A stretch of DNA of 49,320 nt, counting the filler, from Sphacelaria rigidula (lineage: Eukaryota), in NCBI GenBank assembly GCA_964200075.2. It is 3 parts of 3 records of this genome, joined end to end, with 100 filler letters (N's around TTAATTAATTAA, not from the genome) between each part and the next. Parts side by side here need not be neighbours in the genome. Positions count along the whole stretch, not along the records: positions 1 to 16,377 come from CAXNAA020001381.1; 2 more parts are not named here. The stretch is one strand, 5' to 3'. Below the pieces are notes generated by a model. That model saw only the letters and a list, made by a program, of their open reading frames with translations, had not been told where the DNA came from and made no database searches. Numbering within the stretch: position 1 is the first letter of the stretch; each line of letters begins with the position of its first letter. The position numbers were made by a program, and so were the translations under genes. This document shows, in pieces, positions 1 through 10,959 of this stretch.

Positions 1-56
1 TGCGAGGTCAATGGTCTGATGACTATGGCATGCATGATCATGAGTACAACCCCCCA
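1..56 (+). repeat. Copy of short dispersed repeat (core GGTCAATGGTCTGATGACTATGGCATGCATGATCATGAGTAC followed by C-run)
   Basis: Core identical to 33050-33096; inverted copy at 16341-16377; diverged copies at 24458-24521, 24640-24700 and 42258-42288. Confidence 0.85.
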
Positions 57-651
57 TCGCCACGTCGGCGGTACGAGCTAATGCCAACACTATAGGCCAA
101 ACCGTATCTCATGCGGTTTTTCATTCGATTTCGACAAAATAAAACGAATTGAAGTTTCAAGGGGAGGAGCGTAGCGACTACTCGAATGTCTCCCGCAGCG
201 TCGGTTGTTATAATTTTGATGCAGGCAGACTCTGGAAGTGAACGACTGAAAATGTGTCTCCATCTTCGGACCCCAAGTGACGAGCACATTTGCACGGTGA
301 GCAAGGCCTTCGAGTAGTTCATATGGTCCTCTCGTAGAAACTGCACGCGCTAGCTCTGGAAGCTAGAGAGAGGAATCTGAGATATGTTTACTTCCAAGTG
401 CTGAAAAACCCCACACATTGTTGTACGAAGTGGATATTCCCCTCAGTACTGGGTTTGACCACGAAATTTCGGGACAATTCGACGGGAAATCAGGCGTGCT
501 AGCGTTCGTACCAAACCGCCCCCGACGGCAGCTAGCAGGTGGTGTTCTATGGTGATGACGTCATGTGAAGAGATAAACATACCAGGACGTCCGATCACAG
601 GGCACGACGCAGTCCGGGGTGCTTGTGCGGTTGCAGAGAACCCACCTTCAG

Positions 652-2525
652 CGTTATGATACGCTGTTATTGACGCTGCTTGCCCCGAAGAGTCGTTCTG
701 GCCTATTTCGCTGGTACCTCAAGAGTAGCATGTAGATTAGCAGCAGCTTTGCGTCTGCAATTGTTTTCGTTGCTTGTGGTTGGCTTCGAAACCGTGTCCT
801 AAACGTTGAAACAGTGCGCTCCAGCACCGTGGAGTATACGTCATGTGCCTCACGTGCGCGTACCGCTACACTGAACCTCTCCAGTACCACCCCCTCCCAC
901 CCTGGGCGTGACACAACAGCACGGGGCCCATATATTTACTTGTCGTCCATGTTGACTAGCATCAACACCATCCCACGGAAGCCTGATCCCAACCACATGA
1001 GTAACCGATCCCAACTCAAACCGTAAGCACGATATCAATTAAGCGTGAACCTCCACCTTACTGCATCACTTTCAGGCGTTGGTCAGAGCCGCGACAACGG
1101 GCGCGGAACTCCGGGCTACATGCCCCCCGAGGCGTTCGGCCGGTGTAAAGGCCGAGGGGTTACCGCTTGCGGCTCGCAAGACGTATTTGCGGTGGAGGCT
1201 ATGGCGGGCGGGGCGCTGGTCAAAAACCATCTCCGGTGTTGCAACATATTCACCAATACTGTGCGTTTGTTTTGGATGACAGTTGGTGGTTTGTTGAGGG
1301 GCTGGGCTGAGTCTGGTGCTCGGGGTTGGACCACAGTTTGGGCTAGATAGTTGAGGTGGTTTTCGTATCGCTTCATGTGTAGCGGGCCTTAGTTTCTTTT
1401 CGACTCTCTGTGTAATAGTGCAGAAGACCCATCACACTCTCAATATGTTCGAACTCAAGTTGTAGGTAATGACGACGAGGTGGTACACTTCTGTAGCGTA
1501 CGTTTTGTGCAGGCAAGCTGATATGTATCAATGAAAATGCAATGCGTGTGTGTGTCTGCTTGGTCATTTCCCGGTGTGTTACATGCGCCCTTTTACCCGT
1601 CTGTTGGTGTGTGACGGGTGTACCATGTAGCTCAACACGCCTGATGTCATCCGAACTACCGGTCCACCTTTTAGTATGACCAACCCGGCGCATCTCGCAC
1701 AGCTACCGCAGAGTGAACACGAAATACGTGTGGCACATTGTGGTACTTTCCGTGGGTTCTTTTGGTGTATGTCGTACCTTCCGTTCCCCAGGGAGACCTA
1801 CCCACTTGCGATCTCGAGGCTTGGCTTTCCTTCACCTACCGTAGGGCTCAAGGTGGAGCGTGTGAGTGCAGTGTGGGCACACCAGCAGTGTAACTCCGTC
1901 ATCCCTTGCGCCATTTTTTACGCCGTTCCTCAGATCCTGTTCTTGCCTGAAGAGCAGCACGTGCGCATGATGGTGGAGGGCGCCGGCGATGGCGACTTTT
2001 CGAACGAGTTCGACGTGAGAGGCTTCCGTGCAACAACACTAAACCAGCCAACCCACACAAACCACACAACCCTACCGTGGGGTACATTGGTGTCAACCTA
2101 AAGGTGTTGCATTACTGCCAAGCAGTTATCAAGAGGGCGTGCTGTATATGAAACCTTGGCAGACAGGTATGGCCCATTTTTGTTGAATCAACACGATTGT
2201 CAACTACCTAGTAAAAGTGGAATTGTCGCCGACCGCTGCACAGCGGTGAATGTCTGAGAGGTCTTCTCCCCATGTGCACCGGCATTCGCTTGTGTATTGG
2301 TATTCATGCAACACGGTATATGCGTTGGTCTCGTTTCAACGAGGCGTGCGGAAGCAGTCCAGGACGCATTAGCAGACTATCGTGGTTCCCATTGTGCGAC
2401 GTTTTCTCGCCAACTGTTGTAATGCGCAGACAAAAGTGATGTCTCGGACGATGGTGGAGATGAGCGCCATCCAAACGTTCCTCGCGCCTGAGAACATGAG
2501 GGCAGATCTTCCTGCTCTGCGCACT
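652..2525 (+). pseudogene. Protein kinase, spliced catalytic-domain exons, probably degenerate
   Basis: Exon 1076-1260 (ctttcag|...|gtgcgt) reads GRGTPGYMPPEAFG...SQDVFAV (subdomains VIII-IX). Further phase-0 exons at 1934-2014 (ILFLPEEQHVRMMVEG...FD) and 2430-2525 (TKVMSRTMVEMS...LRT) have canonical splice sites. Putative exon from 652 reads (N)VMI..*..RVVLAYFAG, resembling a decayed subdomain VII, with an in-frame TGA. Confidence 0.55.
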
Positions 2526-4294
2526 GTGAGTACCGTTCAGACTTGGTAGGGGTCTCATGTAGTTGTAGGGATCGGGTTCGTGAGTTACAGAATCGTTTTC
2601 CGTTACATACTGTCACCCTGTGTACGCACAAGCATCGTCAACAAGCACAGACACGTCTCTCAATTGACGTCTGACATTTGTGTACTTTCCAGCCCAGGTG
2701 ACCACAGCATTTGAGGAAAATGGAACAGATACACAATCATTAGGCCATGTCTCAACCTCTTCACGCCCAGCGTGTGTATATTCAAACTCAGGTGACTGCG
2801 GTGCTTAGGAGCACTGGAACAGACACACTATCATTCGGCGATGTCTCACTGATGCACACCCCCTTACAATGGAAAACACCGTCAAAGAGTGCACGACGTA
2901 CAATGTCGACAATTGCGCCTATTGCAACAGACATTAGATTCCATATTGTAGCAGTACATTTTTCATAATATAATCTATTGTCCAGGGTGTGCAATGATGC
3001 TGCGAAAAACGTGGTCAGTTGATCTGCAGAGTTTAGCTCCGTTTCTCGGGGAAAGCTATGTGAGAAAATACTTACGTGGATGACAACGCGATGCGAGCAC
3101 ACCCACTCTATCTTACACCGCGAATGTTTAAAAGTAAAACGCACTACCTCAACCTTACTCGCCATTTATTCATGGTCCGCGAAAATACATGTACGACCAT
3201 CGGTGCCGAACATTGACCGCAGGTGTAGGATATGTGAACGGGGGTTTGTGCAATGGCAACGTGACGCCAAAAGCCTTCCCCCTAGTCTCTGTACGAAAGT
3301 ACTGTAGCGCTTTCAACATAAAAATAATGAAGTATACACTGCACATGTCCAGCTCTTCACCAAACGAGCTGTGTTCGTGCCCAAAACCATACGGACTGCG
3401 CACAATTTCCGGCAAAGCGTGTACTTGTAAACAGTCGTATCCCAACAGCCTAGAGGTTATCACTCTCCAGTTGCTGGCTTCCCCTCCCCAAACTCCCACC
3501 TTGGGATCATCTCTACTGTGAGTTGGGTGACACGTTCCAGGCACCCCCCCGTGTGCACGCAAATTACCACACGCGTCTCCTTCTACGTTTACTCCACGTG
3601 GTGGCAAGTTGTTGGAGCTGATGCGTAATAATTCCACAACTCATCAGTGATCTTTCCTCGATAGGCTAATGTTCGTACAATGCCTCTTCCCCCCCCTAAA
3701 TCAGCCCCCAAACTGTCACGAACACATTGGCCGTACAGCGCATGATGGGTTGTTTTTATGCGCCTCATACGGGCGACATGGGTGGAAACGATACCAAGCG
3801 GAGACGTTCCCAGCTGTGCGAAGTACTCGACTTTCGTCACTTTCATTCGCATGTAAATTTTGCTTCCTCAAACCAGCCACCTTCATGGGGAAGGAGGCTA
3901 TCACGGCCTTACTCACCCACGTATTCGGCCCCGGAGTATGAGAAGTGAACTATACTTGAACGATGCTTCCCTGCCACGCGCTATGCCTGTCTTCAGTCCT
4001 ACACCAGCTCGTCAGTTCCGAACACAGCGCCGTCAGGCAGAGAACTTCCATTCGGAAGTTGTGCATTTCGTTCTGGTTTGCTTACATTGTGTAGTACCAG
4101 CCCCGCGGTTTCATCGTCGGAACGTTTATGTCCGAAAATGGATTACATTCTTCCGAAGAGCTGTGCGCTGTAGCTGGATTAATGCATATCTCCGTACAAG
4201 CTCAGCTACCACCACGACCCTTTTTATTCTGTTTTGTTTATGTCCTGATTTGTTTTGATTTATTTTGTTCGTTTTTCTCTCCTGCCTTTTTGCT

Positions 4295-4535
4295 GAACAG
4301 CCTTTCCACCCGAAGCCACATCAAAGAGGTCGACCATTTCTCGTTTATGGTCATGATGATTCTCTTTATTGACCCGTCGTATCTTATCCCCCTCCTCTAC
4401 GTTCTTTCCTGCCTTTCTGTCGAACAGCCTTTTCACCCGAAGACACACCAAAGAGGTCGACCATTTCCCTTTTGTGGTCATGATGATTCTCTTTATTGAC
4501 TCGGCGTATCTTGTTCCCCTCCTTTACATTCTTCG
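4295..4535. repeat. Direct tandem duplication, ~127-bp unit x2
   Basis: gaacagcctt..cacccgaag..aaagaggtcgaccatttc..ggtcatgatgattctctttattgac occurs at ~4295 and ~4422. Confidence 0.85.
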
Positions 4536-4755
4536 TTTTGTTTTTGTTTTGTCTCTCGTTCTGGTCCAGTTCTGGTGATTCAGTTTCTCTGTTTACCTTG
4601 CTCTCCTTTCTTTACCGCTTCTCTTTCTCTAGTATCCCATAGCACATGATTCCATTTGGTTCGCCTTAGGTACATCTCTCTCGTGGTCACGGCTGATTTC
4701 CTCGGGGACTTACTGATCTACGACAGTCACTCAATCGATTGATCGATCGATCAAC
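4536..4755 (+). mobile_element. 3' end remnant of non-LTR retroelement/SINE with decayed (AATC)n-like tail
   Basis: gttcgccttaggtacatctctctcgtggtcacggctg...tcaatcgattgatcgatc aligns with 29313-29402 gttcaccttgggtacatctatcttgcgaccacagttgg...(aatc)n; pyrimidine-rich upstream region. Confidence 0.5.
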
Positions 4756-4916
4756 TTGCAGGCCGAGCAGGCACGGTGGGTCCTGCCCAGTATTCCTCCC
4801 TGGATTCTGATTGTTTAGTAGTCGTCCTTGATCGCACCGATCTCGATTTTGATTATGAGCACCCTTGTTCTCTTTTTTCCGTTTGATTCTGAACATCAGT
4901 TATTTGCGTCACAGAC

Positions 4917-4985
4917 CACAATCTCCGTGAATTTTGGGACATAATCTCCGTGAATTTTGGGACACAATCTCCGTGAATTTTGGGT
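4917..4985. repeat. 23-bp tandem repeat x3 (CACAATCTCCGTGAATTTTGGGA)
   Basis: Three near-identical head-to-tail copies, no spacers. Confidence 0.9.
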
Positions 4986-6149
4986 CTCGGTGTTTCGGAT
5001 GTAGTTTGGTGGCTAGTTTCGACTTCCGTTCGCAGGTTTTCGCGCATGCCATTTGCGTCGAGTTGATATTCACATAAATCAGGAACGGAGACACCTCTAT
5101 GATACTCGCCCCCTGGCTGGGATGATTTGGTTCTCGATGAAATTGGGACGAATTCCGGGCACACTGGTGCTTTTGGGTTTCGGCAATTTGTGTCATTCGA
5201 TGCTGGCTTTGGATGTCGCTTCTGACGTTGCCTTTGGTCGGGCCGACTTCGTTTTTCATTCAACAACCTTTGTCAGGGCTTTCTCTTTGATTCATAGCGA
5301 TTTCCGAGAAACGATGTTTGGGGCACATCATTCGGCGCATATTGAGACGCAAAACGGTAGCCGCCGCGCCCCAGTGGTCCACATCTAACATACACCGACG
5401 GCCTGCTAGAGTGGAAGGTTTCAGGTCAGAACCCTGACAAATGTAGGTATTTTGGGTATAATCTCGTATGCGCCGTTGAATGAGAGTGGGCTCGAGTAAT
5501 AAAAACAAGTTCGGCGGGGTCCATGGGGCGCGGATGTGCTAATCTCTAACCCTCGATGGCATACTGTCTGATATGTATGGGAAGACATGAGTTGACCCTC
5601 GAGAATACGGACTTGTCCCGAGGAAGGGCAGGGACTGGAGTCACGACATGAAAACATTGAATGCACACTGTCCTCATCAGATGCCACGACCACGAACAAC
5701 TGGAATAACCTCTTGATGCAATATCTTTCACAATGCCATTGTCTGCCGGTTCTGAAAGGTTGAGTTTATTTCACGACACTTCGAGGCTGCTCGACCTCGA
5801 ACATGAAATGAAACAGATTTCTCCAATTTCTTACCGAGCCGGGCACTGTGCTGTGCATTCGGTGTTGACACAAACTGAGCTGATACTGGTATTCCTCCCG
5901 AACACACAAAACATTCACCTCTTCCCTTCACTCCCCCCCCCCCTAACATGTGGAGGGCTAAATGGGCGGGCAAGTCTTCGTCGCCCGCGCCTGCCCGCAA
6001 ACTCCAGCATTTGAACAGGAAGGCCACTTCCGACGCCGGAGGCCGGTTGGTCGCCTCTCGGTAGATTTTGTCTCCCCCGCCCTCTCCGGACGATCTCGCT
6101 GCATCTACTCTGACACTCACAACGCTCGAAAGATGTGAGGCGGTATATG

Positions 6150-6921
6150 TGCTGTCGTGGATGAAGGCTGCGTCGTACTCCACCCACTTCGGATCTCTGC
6201 CAAAGAAGTGACGCTCCTTGAAGCACCGCCACCTTGTGGCGATCCTCGTTGCCGCTCTCGCCACCGCAAATCTGACGCTGTTGTTGTCGTGGACGGTGAC
6301 GTTGCCTTCTCTCCTGCCGCCGTGGGCATGTGGAGGGCTAAATGGGTGGGCAAGTCTTGGTCGCCCGCGCCTGCGCGCAAACTCCAGCGTTTAAACAGGA
6401 AGGCCACTTCCGACGCCGATGGCCAGTTGGTCGCCTCTGGGTGGATCATCCTCGCTATACCACCGCATATCTTTCGAGCGTTGTGAGTGTCAGAGTAGAT
6501 GCAGCGAAATCGTCCGGAGAGGGCAAGGGGAACAATATTCCCCCCGCCCTCTCCGGACGATTTCGCTGCATCTGCCCTGACACTCACAACGCTCGAAAAA
6601 TATGCGGTGGTATAGCAAGGATGATCCACCCAGAGGCGACCAACCGGCCATCGGCGTCGGAAGTGGCCTTCCTGTTTAAACGCTGGAGTTTGCGCGCAGG
6701 CGCGGGCGACCAAGACTTGCCCGCCCATTCAGCCCTCAACGTGCTCACGGCGGCAGGAGAGAAGGCAACGTCACCGTCCACGACAACAACAGCGTCAGAT
6801 TCTGCGGTGGCGAGAGCGGCAACGAGGATCGCCACAAGGTGGCGGTGCTTCAAGGAGCGTCACTTCTTTGGCCGAGATCCGAAGTGGGTGGAGTACGACG
6901 CAGCCTTCATCCACGACAGCA
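6150..6921. repeat. Long inverted repeat (palindrome), ~380-bp arms, ~8-10-nt loop near 6531-6540
   Basis: ORFs 6117..6728(-) and 6342..7337(+) give near-identical translations; arms are reverse complements with scattered substitutions and a 1-nt indel. 5947-6147 is a further rearranged copy of arm segments. Confidence 0.95.
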
Positions 6922-7337
6922 ACTCGTCGGCGGCTGCGGCATTGCCGGCGGTGGCGACGGCGACCGTAGCATCACCAGCCGCATTAGGGACGGTCATCGC
7001 CGCTACCGCACCACCACCGTCGCCGCCACTACCACCACCACCCTCTGCGGTAATACACGTTACCGATCTGGAAGCCGAGTTCTTTGCCTTGGCTGTGAAC
7101 CGAGATCAAGCTGAGCTGAACGCCACTGTTGAAGCAGGGACCCGGGCGACAAGGGCAGCAGAGGCTTTGTTCAAGCGCATCTTGCGCATCGGCATCCCGT
7201 CGCACGAACATGCGACAGACTCGAACGTCCAGTCGACGCCGCCAGACGCCGATAAGATCGTCTTGCGGACGGCACCCATGGCGGGAATTATTCGGACCAG
7301 GGCGGCGGCGGTGGAAGCAGCGCAGATCAACTTATAG
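6540..7337 (+). CDS. C-terminal part of a protein kinase-like protein (subdomain XI, IQ-like motif, Ala/Pro-rich tail)
   Basis: Reads GIARMIHPEATNRPSASEVAFLF (subdomain XI pattern M..P...RP.A.E), then AATRIATRWRCFKER (IQ-like) and a low-complexity tail to the stop at 7337. Link to the 652-2525 exons is inferred. Confidence 0.5.
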   Translation, partial: PPALSGRFRCICPDTHNARKICGGIARMIHPEATNRPSASEVAFLFKRWSLRAGAGDQDLPAHSALNVLTAAGEKATSPSTTTTASDSAVARAATRIATRWRCFKERHFFGRDPKWVEYDAAFIHDSNSSAAAALPAVATATVASPAALGTVIAATAPPPSPPLPPPPSAVIHVTDLEAEFFALAVNRDQAELNATVEAGTRATRAAEALFKRILRIGIPSHEHATDSNVQSTPPDADKIVLRTAPMAGIIRTRAAAVEAAQINL

Positions 7338-8180
7338 CGGTTGTTTGGAATCGCTCCGTACTGCCGCACGAATCCGACACCGCCAGCCTCTCGTGGCTGT
7401 CCCGTACCGCCGAGCGAGCCGGCGGCCGACGCAAGTGGTGATCAGGGTTGGAACGACGATGAGTGGGGACATTTTGTCTTCATTAATTCCCCTTGTGAGG
7501 AGAAGAGTGGTGCCGACAAGGTTTCGCTGCCGCCTCCGTCAGCATCGCCGGCTGCTGGTCGCGGGCTTGTTGATAAGCGACTGTTATCACCGCTTCCATC
7601 GCCTTTGCACCGTCAGGGTGTGAAAAAACAGCAGGACAGTAGAAGGGCGGAGGTTTGCCTCAAGACCGCCCTCGGCAACCCGCCCGCTACAACCCAGCCG
7701 GTCACCAACATCATGTCCCGGAATACCATAACCGTGGATTTCACTCCGCCGAAGAGCGGTGGTGAAAGCTACAAGCCATAAGACATAGCAAGAGCTCCAG
7801 GTCACGCCCGGGTTCCCTGGTTCCAAACAGTGGCCCCAACCACGCGTCGCCAGATCCCTGGCTCCCAGCCGGTGGCTAACGGCCCGGGTCGCTCGAACGC
7901 AATGCTGTGCCGCGACCCGAGCCCGGGGATTGAGAGGGAGCGAGGCGGGTTCGATTACTTTGGCTTAGGGCGAGCGGAATGGGGTGAGGGCGGGGGCGGG
8001 GGTGGGGTCAGCAGACTCTATCTTTCCGGGATGTTTGGGGCCGACCAGCGCATTTGGGGAACTGGTTGGGGTGTCGAAGGACCGTTGCTTGTTGGACGGT
8101 GGTGATAGGTCTCCGCCCTGGGTGCCGACCAGCAGGATTCGGGTGCGTTTCGGGAAAAGGTCGCGTGGTTGGGTCCCAAC

Positions 8181-8844
8181 TGTGTACAGACAAGACGACC
8201 TGAATAGGGTTGCAGCCAGGGCTTGCTCGTGTCGGAGATCTTCTCCACCGAGGGTATGGGCGCGCCACAGTGATTGTTCGTAATCGTTGTGCGCGTGGGT
8301 GGTGGTGGGAGGGTGTAGACGTCAGCGTTGGTGTGTATCTTTCTTCGGCAAAATAATAACACGTGGGGTTGTGCGTCTCATGCCCAAAGATTTAAGGTAT
8401 AGGGCTTGAAGTCGGTATCTAAACTGCGGTCGTTCAGTCTTCGCGATGGAATATGAAGGGGGGTGGGGGGGGGGGGATTGGGCACCCGCATGACCTAAAT
8501 AGCCTACGTTAGTGTTTACAGAAAAGACGGCCTGATCAGGGTTGCAGTCAGGGCTTGCTCGTGTCGGAGATCTTCTTTATCAAGGGTATGAGCGCGCCAC
8601 AGTGAATGTTCGTAATCGTTGAGGGCGTGGGGGGGGGAGGAGGGTGTAGGTGTCAGCGTTGGCGTGCTTGCTCTTTCTTCGGCAAGAGAAACATACGTGG
8701 GGTTGTACGTCTCATGCCCGAAGATTGAAGGCATAGGGCTTGAAGTCGGTATCTAAAGTGCGACCGTTCAGTTTTCCTGATGGCACATAGAAGGGGGGGT
8801 GGCGTGGGATTGGGCACCCACATGACCTAAATAGCCCACGTTAG
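8181..8844. repeat. Direct tandem duplication, ~332-bp unit x2
   Basis: 8181-8512 and 8513-8844 align throughout (e.g. cagggcttgctcgtgtcggagatcttct; atagggcttgaagtcggtatctaaa; catgacctaaatagcc). Confidence 0.9.
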
Positions 8845-10852
8845 GCGTGGCTTAAGCACGGCGACAACCTTCATGTCATAATGAAGTTGGACGAGATAGT
8901 GACAGACACACGCGCCGAGCGGGAGACAGGGGAGTACGGATAACGATACTGGGGCATGAACATAGGGACTGGGAGAGAGGAAAGAGGGCAGAGTGCCCTT
9001 GTAGCGAGTTCGGGCACATCTTACAGCTGGTTATGTCACGACTCCAATACTTAAGAGAGCATGTGGCATTTTGTTCGGTGGGTGAAGGTGCTGCGAGTGG
9101 GGGCGGGAAGAAGGTTCCGAGATCGAGGGCATGTTCTCGGGATGATTTTGTTCGCCACGCTGTCACGATGCCTAATACACATTTTGCGTGTGGTTGCGCT
9201 GGCCACTTGTGTCATTTGCGACAAGCCAACCGTTAGGCACGATTCATCACTCACGAATGTCGACCGCAACGTCTGACTGTACATGATAGAATCAAGCCGG
9301 CAAGGAAGCCGCAACGATTGAGTAGTTCAGTCGCTATTGCAATACAAGCTTGTGCCGTGGACACTCCTTGTGGATCCACGGGAACGTTCCCTACCGACAC
9401 AATACAAAAATAGCGATCGGACGATCATCTTCCATCATCGCGATGGAGCATCTTCAGAGCTTTGCGTGGAGTCTAGTACGCATTTGCTTGCGATAAGCGG
9501 ATAATGGCACAATCCGTGATTCCTCCCACTCTGCAGACGAGCCCGTCATCATTTTTACGGATGTCACTGCAGCCTACATGTCGCGCCAACAGTGCTACAT
9601 CCACCCCAAAGAGTTGAAAGGCGCCGCACCACATGGCACCATACATGCGACGCTTGAGCACACAACAACGCAGAGTTTCCTCTGGTGGTAGACGTGTTTG
9701 AGCAGCATCGAGGGTTGAATTAGATCATCCAGAAACAACAGACATTTACATGGTATACGTTCCCCAAACGATGTTGCTCCGGATCAAATTCGAACAAGTT
9801 GAAGGCTGACCGGCCATTTGGGATCGGGACTTCTACGCTTCCTCAACAACGAAACTCTATGGATACCCCTCTGGCTCGAATCGATCCCACTTGCATTTGT
9901 GACTCATTTAGATAAATCGATACATTTGATTCTGTACGTGTTTGCTGCGCTACACGCGCAGAATAGGGTTTGGGGGGTTGTTAGTATGCGTATCTCAGCC
10001 CAATATCGTCTTATTTCCTTGTCTGACACCACGACTTTAGACAAGTTATGTTTAGTAGTTTACCTGATTGTTGCCAAGGCCTATCAAGCCTTGACCACTT
10101 GGGGGAACATCACCAAATTCGACGGTGTTGGACGGGAAGCCCATGGATGGCCGACCTTTAGATGTTCAGCCCCTGGGTATGGTGTGTGGAAATATATTGA
10201 GTCGAACGTCAACGTTCATTGTCGCATGAGTCACAGTTTCATTTCTTCGCGGTGTTTCCTCCTACCGCATGCACGTTTCTTGTTTAGATAATGCGTCGAA
10301 AACAGGAAGAACAGGTGCGTCGACTACAGCAGTTCTCCATCTCAACCGTGGCCTTGGTATATGAGCCGCTAGCCAGCTACCGCCTTGGTTTCTGGTAGGT
10401 CAAAGGTCAGCCTTAACTACAGACAGCACAGAACGCAATGCGCTGTGCCGCAGCGACGGCACAAGGTGACCACAGGCCCGACTTGGTCATTCCTGACGCC
10501 GGTTCACGCAGCTCTGAGGTTGTGATTGAACTGAATATTCCGTAAAGGAATATACCTCAGTCATGACCCCAATGCAGTGAATACACATTGGACGGCACAG
10601 GTGGACAGATCGCACCCTGTGGGGTGCACTGTGCAGGATCCATACAGGGTCCTCCCCAGCCTTTGTGAAAAAATCCTGAGAGTGAAAAGGCAAATCTGTA
10701 CCTGTCATAGCGTCGTGATAGGGTTTTCCCCAGGGTTGAATTTACAGCCCTGTGTAGGCTTGTCGGCAAAGCCCTGCACAGTTATTTTTTTTAATCCCAG
10801 TTTTTTTCTCCAAGTCCAAATTATTTTGGTACAAAATTTGTAAATTTTTATA

Positions 10853-10959
10853 TTTTGAATAGCTCGTCATGCTGTCCGAGATAAATTCCTTTTTGCCCGA
10901 TTTGATTCAGATTGGGCGAAAGGGAATTTATCTCGGACAGCATGACGAGCTATTCGAAA
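10853..10959 (+). ncRNA. Candidate pre-miRNA / near-perfect hairpin
   Basis: 52-bp stem with a 3-nt loop (10905-10907); 33 contiguous Watson-Crick pairs (10857-10889 with 10923-10955); the five non-Watson-Crick pairs are all G-U on the + strand. Confidence 0.4.

Noticed and set aside
4917-4985. CRISPR-like array
   Set aside because: Repeats are contiguous with no spacers, there are no cas genes, and the context is eukaryotic.
6117-6728. 203-aa minus-strand ORF and N-terminal part of the 331-aa plus-strand ORF as real proteins
   Set aside because: They are mirror read-throughs of the palindrome.
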